Of a stretch of 64,000 bases of DNA, positions 43,404-55,500 are shown piece by piece; the stretch's first letter is position 1; each line of letters begins with the position of its first letter. The position numbers and the translations under genes were made by a program. Source of the DNA: an uncultured Verrucomicrobiae bacterium (GTDB lineage: Bacteria > Verrucomicrobiota > Verrucomicrobiia > Limisphaerales > JAFGQR01); assembly GCA_963788655.1 (NCBI GenBank), contig CAWBHS010000027.1:32001-96000 (forward strand), given 5' to 3'. The notes below the pieces were generated by a model. It did no database searches, was not told the DNA's origin, and saw only the letters and a list, made by a program, of their open reading frames with translations.

Positions 43404-43967
43404 TTAAATGCGTTTCGACTTCGGAGGCCTGAGTTCTTTCTCGATCTTGGTGGCGTTCGATTTATCATCAACAATGAAAGTACTTTTATTGATCTTCCCT
43501 GATTCCGGATCTTGTAATTTAAGTGTTATTTTCCGGTTCTTCCGAGTTACATTCCCAATCGCTGACCGGTCGATGGTCAATGTGCAATCCGAGGCACACA
43601 AATAATGCACGACCAGGAATGCAGGAATTATTCCCAAGCCGAACCCGAACAGGAACAATGGCACGAACGTTATTAGCACAAATATGCCCACGCAGGCCAC
43701 CTCTGACCAACGCTGCTTGCCGTAATAAATGATCTCGTCCTCGATTATAGTGACCGTTCCATTTCGGACGAAACGGAACGGGTCACGGAGAAAGGCAGTC
43801 CGGAATGTCACGTCAAATCGCAAACTTTTGCTTTCTGCTTGCCAGCCAACCGGACGCTGCTTCAGCGGCTTTGCCGATAGCTCGCGATGCGCGAAGGGCT
43901 TCTTGCAATCACAACAAAGGATGGAGTCATCCTCGTTGTCCCGCCAACAGAAAGAGCAGGTCTTCAT
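43404..43967 (-). CDS. Hypothetical membrane protein with N-terminal zinc ribbon
   Basis: CSFC..CCDC at the N-terminus, two TM helices; visibly AT-richer. Confidence 0.6.
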   Translation of the reverse strand: MKTCSFCWRDNEDDSILCCDCKKPFAHRELSAKPLKQRPVGWQAESKSLRFDVTFRTAFLRDPFRFVRNGTVTIIEDEIIYYGKQRWSEVACVGIFVLITFVPLFLFGFGLGIIPAFLVVHYLCASDCTLTIDRSAIGNVTRKNRKITLKLQDPESGKINKSTFIVDDKSNATKIEKELRPPKSKRI

Positions 43968-44214
43968 AATGGCTTCTCGTTGATCAAGGATTGAGTAGCA
44001 AAATAGACTGGAAAAGTCCAGCTCAAAACGGTGACAGGAATCGAAGCGGGTTGGGACGCACACACAGAAGTTCACCGTCCAAACCCGCCGCCCTCTCACA
44101 CGAGAAGGACCTGGATTCTTGTTCTTCAATTCATTTTACATGGAGCACGGCCTGTTCGGACTTACCCGAGCAGGCCGTGCATGTCGTGTTTAACCCATCA
44201 AAGCGCTCATTGTC

Positions 44215-46708
44215 TTAGTCCACGGAAATAGCCCGGTAAAAGCGCCGTGGCTGGCCGGCAGCCGATTGATCAACATACCAGTGTGGGCTTGCTGTCAGGG
44301 TTATCGTCTCCAATTCCGTCCAACCGCTTGGGTTGTTTAGATCGGTGGTGAATTCAATTCGGTAGTTCACCCCGGCAGCACCTGTGAGTTTGAGGCCCGG
44401 CATCAGGTACATTTCCAGGACTGACACATTGAAGGGCTCGCTGATCGCCGAACCGAAACCGTTCACGACAACACGATAGGCCCCAGCATTCTCAGCGGTG
44501 AGATTTTCGAGGACCAATATCCCATTCGTCGCACCGACGATGTCGATGCCATTGAACTGCCATTGAAAGGCAAATGGACCGCTGCCGGTCATGCCGGCGT
44601 TCAGTGTGACGGTTTCGCCCGAGGAGACGGTCCGGCTCACTGGCTGTTCCGTGAAGGTTGGCGGCAGCATGAACAGGTCGGCAGGCCCTTGTTTATTTGC
44701 AGGCCCTTGAGTCAGCGCCACCTTGCCCGATCCATCAGGCCGCATAGCCCAGACTTGGTTTTGGCATAGGAAGAGAATGAATTTGCCATCCGGCGTCCAG
44801 GTCGGCGTTCCGCAGTCCCAGGGCCATTCGGTCGTGATGTTGACCGGATTGCCACCATCAATGTTCATAGTCCAAATGTCACCGTTGCCGCTGAAAACAA
44901 TCCGGCTGTTATCCGGCGAAATATCGGAGTGGGTGAACGCCGCCCCGCTGGGCCGGAACCATGCCGTCAAGTTCGTCAGCACGCCGGTGATTACGTCGTA
45001 CAGAAACTCATCGCTCTGATAGGTTGGCACCGCCCAATTCGAGCCGATGACATACCGGCCGTCCCGCGACGCACGCGTATGGGATAAACGAAACGGCAAG
45101 TTGGTCAGGACTGAGCCATCGGGATGAAGTAATCGCACGTAGCCGTAAACCGGATGACACACAATCCAGTCGCTGTTCGTCGGAGCGTGCGGCCACACCA
45201 TGTCTTGGGATCCGTCCGTCAGGAATCTCAGGTCGCTGCCGTCCGGTTTGATCAGACAGACTCTCGCTCCGAAGGCTGGGCCACCCGTAAACAAAATATC
45301 ACTACCGTTTGAGAACCAACTTGGCTGAGTGGCTGCACCCGCGCTGGCGGCGGGGATATTCGGAACAGTGTTACTTTCACCCGTCAAAAGGTTCCACACC
45401 ACCAGTTCATATTGGTCAGTACCTGAATAACAGAACACCTTCTGGACGAGGTGGAGACTGAATCCAAGCCAGGCTGATGGCGCCGATAAGGCCGGGAACC
45501 GCTTGAAGCACAGTGCCGTTCAATGCACTGTACAGATTCACCGTGCCCGCATTGTTGACCAGCAGGTCATCGTAGCCGTCACCATCCTGATCCGGAACGG
45601 CAATGCCGATGTCGTCAGAGTTTGGGACAGGAATCGCATCCCAAATCGTGCTGCCGGTTTGCAGATCCAGACAAACTGAACGGTCCTGATGACGCCAGCC
45701 CGAAAGCACGTAATAACCCGTGGAAGTTGGAACCAGCCCTAATATTGTTTGGTTGTTGTAGGCCGAGTTACAAGACCATATTACCTGCCCGTCGATGCCC
45801 CGATAGCGGCGAATGCCGCCGGCACCGGACGAACCTTGGGCGGCGACCAGGAAATCCGACGTTCCAGGAACCGGACGGATCCCCAGCACGTCGAATGCGC
45901 TGAAATGCTGCTGCCAGACAATTTCCCCGGCAGTACCGTCGAGCATAAGCACGCGATCGTCGTAACAGCATTGCCCCACAGCGTAGTCTGCCTTGCCGTC
46001 GCCGGTCACATCGGGAACCGCGATCCCACCCCGGCTGATCTGGGGATTCTGCCAGAGGACTGTGGTCCCATCGAGACCACTCAGACAAATGAGTCCGCCG
46101 CCTCCGGCACCCAGGTATTGTGAGCGGACGATGACATCGTAAATCCCGTCCCCATCGACATCCGGAACAAATCCGGAAGCCCAGTAATCACCCGTTGGAG
46201 ATGTATAATCCCAGATCGTCTGGCCGCTCTCTCCATCCACACACAGCACATGACTCGAACCACTGCCTGAATTGTCCCTCCGGCAGATCAGGATGTCGGA
46301 CGCGGACGTTCCGCCAACATTCGGAGGACCTTCCGGGAATTGTGTCGTGTCCGTATAGATCGTGTGATGGAGCACGGCATCCAAGTGACCGTAGGCCGGG
46401 AATCCTGCAATCTGCCATTTCAAGACTCCCGAGTTCCCGCTCAAGCAGTAAGTCACCGTCACGGCATTGCTGGCGCAGATGATGAGGACATCGTAATCCC
46501 CGTTGCCATTCGGAAATACCTGGGCATCTTGACCGATATTGCCACTCGGGCAGTTCCAATTCCAATTGGTCCGACTGGCCAGGACATCCGTGGACTGGGC
46601 GCTGGACTGGCTGAGCGTTAGTACGTTGCCGCTATTTGACGCTGCATCCGCTTGGAGCAGCGTCGCCACGGCCAGGCCTATAGCGGTTATTAATTGACTT
46701 CGTTTCAT
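44215..46708 (-). CDS. Secreted beta-propeller protein (FG-GAP/PQQ-like + TolB-like + Ig + FYR C-terminal domain; frameshift near 45450)
   Basis: Signal peptide MKRSQLITAIG; DVDGDGIYD, DVTGDGKAD; SPDNSRIVF, PTWTPDGK; FTEQP..FQWQFNG..GAYRVVV; RRFYRA. Confidence 0.75.
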
Positions 46709-46947
46709 TGGTTTCGCCTTTCTTGTTTCAGGGTATTTTGGTTGACCGAAGCTGCGGAAAACTGGCGCCAGCCAGCGCGACCCCGGCGACAACAACTCCC
46801 CAAATCTTTTTCAGTTGCGAAAGTTGCTGTTTTCATGTTCACCTTCCTTTACGGGAACCTGAATGCGTTCATGCAGATGTTGCAAAATACTTTAAGCCCC
46901 ACTGCCAAGCGTGTGATCACGAGCGCAGAAAGATTTGCGGCCAACCT

Positions 46948-47766
46948 ATGAAAGCAGAGAGCCCTGGACAGAACGCAGCGTATCCCCCCACCCGCTGGAC
47001 CCTTGTTTTCCGCGCGCAAGATTTGGAAAAAACGCAGGGCCGTGACGCCTTGGGCGAAATCTATGAAAAATACCGCGAACCTCTGCTCGCGCATTTGCGT
47101 TGGCGGTTTCCCTATTGGCAGGATCGCGTGGAAGATTGGTTCCAGAGTTTCGTCGAGAAGAAAATCCTCGAGTACAAGCTGCTTGAACATGCGGACAGAA
47201 ATCGCGGCCGGTTTCGCACCTTCCTGCTGAACGCGCTCGACAATTTCGTTTTTGAAATATTGGAGAAAGCGAACGCCGCCAAGCGAACGCCGAAAGGTGG
47301 TTTTGTTTTTGTGGACCACCCGGATTATCAGGAGCCGGCGGATCCGAAATCGTTGCGCTCCGATCCCGGCGATGTCGAGTGGGCACGCGAGGTTCTTGCT
47401 CAGGCCGTTGGAAGAACCCAGAAATTTTACGAAACGAAGGGCGATGGGAAGAAATGGTGCGTATTCTATCTGAGCCGACTGAAACCAATGTTTACCGGCG
47501 AGAAAAGTCCCGCTTACGAGGATATCGCCGTAGAATGCGGCATGCCAGTTGCAAACGTTAACGCGGTAATCTTCAATGTAGTGAGGAAACTCAAGACGGA
47601 ACTACACTCAGTCGTCGGAGAATACGCCGAAGGTGATGAAGCCAGACTGGAGGAAATCCAGCATTTGATCGACATTCTCGGGGACGCGGATCAAGGGGAC
47701 GATTCAGCCGAGAAAGAACGCAAAGATCCCGAAGATGGAAACCAGGACAAGAAACTCACCGATTAA
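46948..47766 (+). CDS. ECF-type RNA polymerase sigma factor (PVC type)
   Basis: YPPTRWTLV, ALGEIYEKYREPL, RGRFRTFLL, YEDIA..GM, EEIQHL. Confidence 0.8.
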   Translation: MKAESPGQNAAYPPTRWTLVFRAQDLEKTQGRDALGEIYEKYREPLLAHLRWRFPYWQDRVEDWFQSFVEKKILEYKLLEHADRNRGRFRTFLLNALDNFVFEILEKANAAKRTPKGGFVFVDHPDYQEPADPKSLRSDPGDVEWAREVLAQAVGRTQKFYETKGDGKKWCVFYLSRLKPMFTGEKSPAYEDIAVECGMPVANVNAVIFNVVRKLKTELHSVVGEYAEGDEARLEEIQHLIDILGDADQGDDSAEKERKDPEDGNQDKKLTD

Positions 47767-47815
47767 ACTGCTCGATCAAGGCCGCTGTAACTCCTTATCT
47801 ATCTGCGTTCTTTGC

Positions 47816-48616
47816 TCGCAGCCCATAAGGCTGCCAGTCCAGCCGGTGGAAGTCCGGCGATGGTAAATGACGATGAACCATCCAGTGATAACCGACATGA
47901 GATTTCGGGGTGACCCGGCTCATGCAAGCTCGGTAGTAAACGTCCTGACCGGAGCAGGGCCAGCAACCTCTCCAGGCCGTAGCATCAAGCGAACGCTGCA
48001 GCTTCGTTACGCAACCCACGCGATCCGGAATCGTGGGACTTGTGGTGGTCGAGCCGGTGCAAAGACGGCGAAGACAGAATCCACGACGAAGGCATCGTCG
48101 AGTGCAGTCGTGGGCGCCACCGGAGTACGGGCGACGGCATGGGAGGAACGGACTGGCAGAGTAAATTGGGGACCCGCTACGGTTGGCGGGATGGACCCGC
48201 AATCCGACGGAATAATCCATAAGCCGTGGGATGGCCGTCAGAGGCGCAGATGTGGCCATAGTAAGCAACGATCCGGTCGGACAATACAACCGACTGGGGA
48301 GCCAAGGGCCACTGGATCCGCGGTTCAGGTCAGAAATCATCGGTGCCGCTTGGACGCAAGTCCGACTACGGATAAAACGCCGGGGATGGAGATACGAACA
48401 GTGACGGCCTATAAGCCGGCGTGGAGACGCTGGCGAAGGTGGCCGTGGCGTGAAGCGGGTTTGAAGCCGTACTGGGGAAAACCCACCGTACGGAATTTTA
48501 GAGGGGGTGGAGGAAACGAAATGCATGGCCTGGTAGCCGTTTGCCACGATGCCCGAAAGGGCCGATACCTTGGAAGTTACTGGCCTAAACATGTTCGCGC
48601 CTCCGCTCTACTCGAT
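47816..48616 (+). ncRNA. ORF-less group II intron (IIB-like; class E/F-type DV)
   Basis: DV AGCCGTACTGGGGAAAACCCACCGTACGG at 48465-48493; DVI ending CTACTCGAT; EBS1 GCAAAGA (48059-65) complementary to TCTTTGC (47809-15); DIII-like GTGGCCATAGTA..AAGGGCCAC; only ~150 nt in DIV. Confidence 0.88.
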
Positions 48617-48778
48617 GGCCACATTCGGGGCATGATCAAGAAAAAGTAACTGTCGGCTGCATAAAAACCACACAAATCCCGTAAACAATAAGAATGGCAA
48701 TCCCCGTAGCAGCCGAGGTAACGAGGCTCTAACTTAATTCTCTCAACCCTCAACCATGAACCCTCAACCGCCGCCAAA

Positions 48779-49306
48779 ATGAACGATTCATCCCAGGAAA
48801 TCCTCAAAGCCCCGGCCAAGCGTTTGTCTCAAATCATGAAGCTGGGCTTGGACCAAACTGGCCAGCTAACACCAGACGACTTGCGCTCCGTCTTGGAAGC
48901 CCAACTTGATTCCCCTATCCACGAGGTTATTGGACTGACGGCTCAAGCGTTAGAGCGCAACATGCAGGACACCGGCATTACTGCCGAAGATTTGCCTGGC
49001 ACATTGCGTGAACTGATGCAACAGCAACACCCTCCATTGCCATTACTCGAATTAGTGAAAGACTTCGCCAAGCGATGCCGGGAACAAGTGGACCATCCGG
49101 TGCCTTCGGAGGTTGCCACGCTGCTTTACTATCTCTGTATTGCAGTTGCTTTGAACCGGCACAACAAGCAGATCGCCCGATTAAGTGCAGTAAAAATAAA
49201 GGATGGTTTCAACTGGGTGCAGGCACAACCGTGGATCGACAATGACCTCAAGCAGTACTTTGCAGGAGAAAATCGCGGCAGTAGCCGTGGTAGTGACACT
49301 TATTAA
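48779..49306 (+). CDS. Hypothetical helical protein downstream of the ECF sigma
   Basis: 175-aa ORF; PPLPLLELVKDFAK, EVATLLYYLCIAVAL, W..AQPWID. Confidence 0.65.
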   Translation: MNDSSQEILKAPAKRLSQIMKLGLDQTGQLTPDDLRSVLEAQLDSPIHEVIGLTAQALERNMQDTGITAEDLPGTLRELMQQQHPPLPLLELVKDFAKRCREQVDHPVPSEVATLLYYLCIAVALNRHNKQIARLSAVKIKDGFNWVQAQPWIDNDLKQYFAGENRGSSRGSDTY

Positions 49307-49521
49307 TTCTCAATTTACTTTGCTGAGCACCAGTTTGCCTGGTTAACAACTCTTGCTGTCGGTGGCCAAGCAGAGTAGCACTTCGGGCACCGCCTCCCAA
49401 GGAAAAGGAAGACCTGCGCTTTATCAATTGGAGCTGAAACCGTTTTGTACGGTTCACGCCATTTCAAGCCACCTTCTTTGCCGGTGGGTTCTGACTTCGT
49501 TGGCACAAGGTCGCGTCGGCC

Positions 49522-52500
49522 TTACGGAATCAAGCGAGCCCGGTAAAAGGCGCCTGCTTTGTCGGGAGCGTTGGTAATGACGAAGCGCAGCCAACCGTCC
49601 TGCGGAACTATGTTGGTGCTCCCCGACACCCAGTGGAGAAGGTTGGTGCTTTTCTCGAGGGCGTAGCGTTGGCCGGCGGAACCCAGATAGGTGATGAACA
49701 CGCCAGAATTGGTGGTGTTCAAGTCAACTGCTCTCGGAGATAGACCCGTGTAAGTATAATATTCCAGGACGCTGGTGATGTGGTTGCAGGTGATCGTCAA
49801 CGGCCGTTCGGCGGGCGCTAAATACCCCGGAATCGTACGGAACGCCAGATGGTAATTGGCCCCAACAGCCGGAAGTCCATAGGTCACCGTATCACTGAAA
49901 TACGTCTGATTGGAATCTTCCGTGATACGCCAGCCCGCGCCCGCCGCCACAGCTTCCGGCGGACTGACGAAGACGTAAAACCCGCCCATTGGGTAATAAT
50001 CGCATTCAACGGGAAATGGTATGGACACTCCATCTCCCAAACGGATAACCCCGCCGCTGCCGCCAACGGGCACATAAACCTGCAAATCGTATTCACTCCC
50101 CGGACCATGCAGATCAGGACTGTAGGAACTGATGCGCAAGTAGTACATGCCCGGCAGGAATCCGCTTTGCCCCGTCTTCAAGTCCACAATCAGTCGCTCC
50201 GTTATGTTTGAACCCGTCCCGCCTAATGGATCGTCCATGGAATCGACCCACACCAGACGACCGTTCGAGTGCTCATAATAGAGGTCAAGCACCAGGTCGC
50301 TATTGGTTCCCCTTTGCGTGGCGTCCAGATTGAATATCCATCCGGTGGGCGCATAGAACTTCACCCAGTCCTCGTCCGTGGAGGAATGGAAGTTGTGCCG
50401 CTGAGTCTCGTTCACATTAATGACTCTGGCTTGAGACGCGCTGTCGTCCACCTCATATGCGTCGGTAACGGTAATGGCCGATTGCGCTGGGCCGGACACC
50501 AAGCCGGTCTGGTTGCTGGCAAAAAAGGTGCAGGCGTACGTTCCCGGCATGGTAAAATTGGCGTAGGCAACCTGAAAACGGTTCGCCGGGGAATTCCAGG
50601 TCAGAGTGATTTGCGGCAGCTCGCCCTGACCGTCATAATCCGGCGGGGTGATGACGCACCAAACGTTGGAGCCACCCACCACCCCGGAAGCCCAAAGTTC
50701 CACCGGCATCCCGGCCACAACGGTTTGGTCGGGCATCACTTCGCTGATGAGCGGCAAATCGTCCCCGGTGACGAACGCGGCACCCAAGTAGCGGTGAGGG
50801 GCCAGCCTGCCATCCGAACCTTTCTGGTTGGCAATTCCGTCCCCGTTGTCGTCCAGTTGGGCCGCTTGCCGCACCTGTCCACTGGCAAACCGGACAGCGT
50901 CCCGCGCGGAAGTGAAAGCAGTGCCCAGGCTGTGACCATTCAAGATGCTGTTGAGGAAAAACTGCGAAAAACTGATCAACCCGGCCGCGCCAAAGATACT
51001 CGGGCTGCCACTCGCGGTGCTGGCGATCACAATGCGTTCCCGTCCACTGGGCGCGGCCAGGTCCTTCACATAGTCGCCACTGCCGTCAAAATCCAGCATC
51101 ACATTGACGCTCCGATTGGAAACTTGGAAGTGGTCGATCCAGAGGTCGAGTTGCGTCGCGGTCAGGGTTTGTTCAGGATTGAGTTGAAAATGCCCGTTCG
51201 TGGTCGCTCCCAGGCAATAAACCGTGAGCTTATCGGCGGTATCCGCCCAATTCGTGATTGCGAATCCCAGACTTTCCAGGCTGGGCAAACCCGCGACATT
51301 GTTGGTTCCGTCATCCAGGTCCTCCAACTCCACCGTGCTCAGGACTTTGAGGTGATCCGCGGGCAGGCGTCGCAGGCGCAAGGTATGCCAGGCGTAACGT
51401 TCCAAGGCATTGAATGAAGCCCAGGAGGTCTCGTTGGTGTTCCCGGCAACGACCACGATGGCGCGTTCATCGAATCCGGTCTGGGTAATGAACGCTTGCC
51501 GCGGCAACGAGACGCTCTGCCGGACATCGCGGGCATAGTAGATCAGTTTGTAGGTCCCGGCTTGGATGAATCCGTCATAGGTGCCTTCGTAACGTCGGTT
51601 CAGGCTGTTGAACAGCAGTTCGACCTGCGGAACATCCTGGACGGGCTGGGAGGGATCAGGATCAAAACCGGGTGGCACAATCACACACCAAACCCGCTCG
51701 ATGGCCGCCGGGCCTGAGACGTCGGCCGCCCAGAGTGTGCTAACCGAAGTCGAGGTCAGCGTTTGATTCTCGCTGATGCGGCCAATCTGGGGAATGTCCA
51801 CCCCAGCCACAGTCGATGCCCCCACGCTCACTAAAGTGGCATCTTGCCCATCCACTCCTTGGTGGAAAAGTCCGTCCCCCGTGTCATCGAGCAAGGCTTG
51901 TTGATAAATGCCAACCGCATTGGCCGCAAGTTGGAAGCAATCGTTCAGGTTCAAGCCTTGCAAGGCCCCACTCCAGAATGCATCCGAAAAGCTCACCAAG
52001 CCGTCTGCCAAAAAATAGGCTGGTTCATCGGCGGCACAAGCGGCGATAACGATTCGTTTTGCCGGGCCTGAGTTGGTGAGTTCACCCAGGAAGCTTCCCG
52101 AGTAGCAGCAGTCGATGACGACCGTCACGTCCATTGGGTAAGCGTCTTGCAGGGCGTCCAGCCGAGATATCCAGTTGAGCCGCCGTCAGCACCTCCGTCT
52201 CGTTCAACCGGAAGGTTGGTTGCCCGGAAGGTTTCTCGCCATGATCCACCAAATACACGATCAATTGGCTGGCATTACCCACCCAGTTGGTGAAGGTCTG
52301 CGCCGCATTGGCCCAGGTCGTGGCCAGGGCCACGTCGTTGGTCAATCCGTCGCCGTCCACATCCGTGTTAGTCACCGGGCTGAGGTATTGGATATCGGCT
52401 TTTCTGAATCCGCGATACCGCAATGTGTTATAGGCCAGGTCGGCCAGGTAGTCTGTCGCGTCCCACATGACATCGTAGATGGTCTTCCGGCCAGCAATAA

Positions 52501-55500
52501 TGATGGCTTTGCCGGTCCGGGTGACCTCGTTGGAATCCGACCACGTTCACGTAGGCTCGGCCGATCAATCCGTTGGCGTTCCGCGCCTCGATAATGTCCA
52601 GCGTTGAAACGCGTCCTCCGTTGACGATCAAGGACCAGGCGTTCAAGGTTCCAACATCTTGCGGAGCCTCGTCGCGCACGATCAGTTTCCAGGTTCCTTG
52701 AACGCTTTGGCCGTTGAAATCCGCAAGGGTTCCCGGCCCGTCCGGAGGCACTCCCATCTGATCATCGTAGGTCCGATAAACGTTGTCCGCATCGCCACCG
52801 CTCCTGTTGTGCAGGCGCACAGTGGTTCCCTGGGGTGATACCAAATCGACGGTCAAATCCTCCCGATACGTGTGGGAAATGCTCAAGGACACGTTAAGAT
52901 CCGTCACAATGATCGAGGAATTGACGACGAGAACATTGGTGATTCCAGACGGTGAGGACGATGAGTAATCCGGGATCGTCAGTGCCAGGTTCTCGCGAGA
53001 GAACTCATCCCCAGCGGGTAACGCTTGTCCAGCGACGTATTGGCCAGTGTTCGGCTCGATAACCGCACCTGACGCATTATGGACGAAATACCACAGGTAG
53101 GGTGGCGATCCGCCGGCGGCCGAGAACATCTTCGCTTCGCCTTCCGTCATAGTTGAGGTGGGGGAGTCAGCTCCAGTCCTGGGAAACATTGCGCCAGAGG
53201 TTCACCCCACCGTTCTGCTCACCGACGAACAGGTCCGCATACCCGTCCCCATCGATATCCGCGAAGACAGGCTGACTGTTCCAACCGACATCGATGTCGT
53301 TAAAAGTCTGGGTTACGAGCTGGAAGTTTGGAACGTCGGCACTGCCCACATTTCGGTAGAACCAGATCTTCCCATGTTCGTTGCCGACAAACAGATCCTG
53401 ATCCCCATCCGCGTCGATGTCCCAGAAGGTGGGTGCGGCATCGTAGCCGACGTCAACGCCCATCCAGTTGGTAACTCCAGTGCCCACGCGGCATTCGCCG
53501 GAGTTCCGATGTTGGCGTAGTAGGTCAAATGGCCGTAGCGATCCCCGGTGACCAGGTCGAAAGTTCCATTGCCATTCAGATCACAGAAGGTCGGAGCCAC
53601 AAACGTGCCGATGTTGATATTCGCGTATGTGCCAGTCTGTAGTGACCACGCCGGCTGCCCTGCGGAACTGTTGGTAAAGCAGCCTATTCGGCCTGAGGAA
53701 TCGCCGAGAAACAGTTCCTGTTTCCCATCGGCATTGATATCGCAAAGTGCGGCGGTGAGAACGCGATAGAAATACCACTGGCCCTCAGATGAGTAGCGGT
53801 TGAAAGCAAAGGTCTCATAGAGGTAGGTTGTCGGGAAATTTAATAGCGCAACCATAGGACTTCCTTGATTTCGGTAGAAGTGGCCAAATCCAGTTTCATC
53901 CACCGTGAGCAGGTCCACGGTGCCATCATTATTCATATCCGCAACACAAATCCCGCCGCCTTTGACGACAGAAGAGTAACTTCCCGAAGTGCCACTTTCA
54001 ATTCCGAGCATGTGATGATCAGCATAAGCCGAGTCGAACATTGGGGAAGTGGTCGTTCCGGTGTTCAGGAAGGAATGCACGTTTCCGGCATAGTCACCGA
54101 CCAGAAGGTCGAGCTTTCCATCTCCGTTGATATCGCCAACGGTCGGATGGGCATATTCGCCAACCTGGATGCCACTGAAATTATCGACCGGTGCGCCCCA
54201 GAACGGTCGCGGCGGGCGTGCCCAAGTTGGGCACGTACGTCAAGGTGCCAACCGCTTTCCCGACGATCAGGTCCAACGTGCCATTCCCATCCATGTCGCC
54301 GAAGACGGGTGAAAGGTCAGAGGTGGTCAAGCCGGCGTAATTCATTTGGGCAGGGCGGAAAGCCGGGTTGGCAGGCGTGCCCGAGTTGGTGAAACAGGAA
54401 ATGCCGTTGCTTTCACTGCCGATATAGAGCTCCGGTTTCCCATCGGCATCGAGGTCGGCGAAAGCAAGTTGGGCAAGATTCCCGACGCCATTGGTTCCGG
54501 TCGTAATACCGCCCAAATGGTCATCCACCAACTGCCAAAGAATCTGATCTCCTTCCAAGCCGCGATTGCGATAATATTCAGTCACATTGCTGTAAAACGT
54601 GACCACGCACATCTCGTTGGTTCCGTCGCCGTCCAGGTCTGCAAAACGAGGACAGGAATAATCGGAGGTCCGATAAAATTCATAACCCACTTTTTGGGCC
54701 CAAAGCCGGCGACCGTTCAGGTCAAAGGCATACAGCATTCCCTTGCCCTCAAACGAGCCGACGATGATCTCTTTTTCACCGTCGCCGTCCAGGTCGGCGG
54801 CTTCCACACAATTCGCTCTTCCGCTATTGATCGGGAAAGCGCGCTGAAGATGGCCGTCCTGCGGATCCCGCATTTCGACCCGGTTGGCATCCAGCGCAAG
54901 GAGAATATTAGTGCCCTGGTTCAGGCCCAAGTCACGTACCACCATGCTCCGAATCTGGGCCGGAAGATCGACAAACCAGTTGGTGGAAAAACCGCCAGTT
55001 GGAGTCCAGGAGTACCGGATCAGGCGGTTGGACGAAGTAGTCAAGAGGTCGTGGCCTGCTCCGTTTGGTAGAAATTGCATCGATTGGCAACCGGCATCCA
55101 GAAAATCAACTTCCTGCCCCGTTTCGTCCAGGAGCAGGATCCGCCCCTGCAATAGGGCGGCAATTTGCGTGGTTCCGTCAGACGCCAGATTCACCGCTTT
55201 GATCGATGTAATTCCGTTGGCCGGGCCATGACGCTGGTCATCGAGGATGAACTGCCAGCGGCTTTGTCCGGCAAAGGTGACCGCCTCAACCAACCCTGGT
55301 CTTGCCGTACCAAGACAGTCTCCAAGCAGTGTGCCTCCAGCAACCAGGTAACTATTACTTTGGCCTGCATGGACAACATCCGCTGACGAGAATGTGTTGG
55401 GCCCAACCGTCCAAATCGTGTCGCCAGTGCTGGGATTGAGCAACCGAAGCCCTTCGCCGCCGCAGAAGACCAAGGCGTCCTTTACGGCATCGTTATTGGT

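Noticed and set aside
46708..46947. N-terminal extension of the sigma factor ORF
   Set aside because: Not protein-like and spans the divergent intergenic region; ATG 46948 precedes the conserved PPTRW motif
47795..48649. ORFs 47867..48649 (+) and 47795..48592 (-) as an intron-encoded protein
   Set aside because: No RT motifs such as YADD; they run through structured ribozyme domains and look like chance open frames
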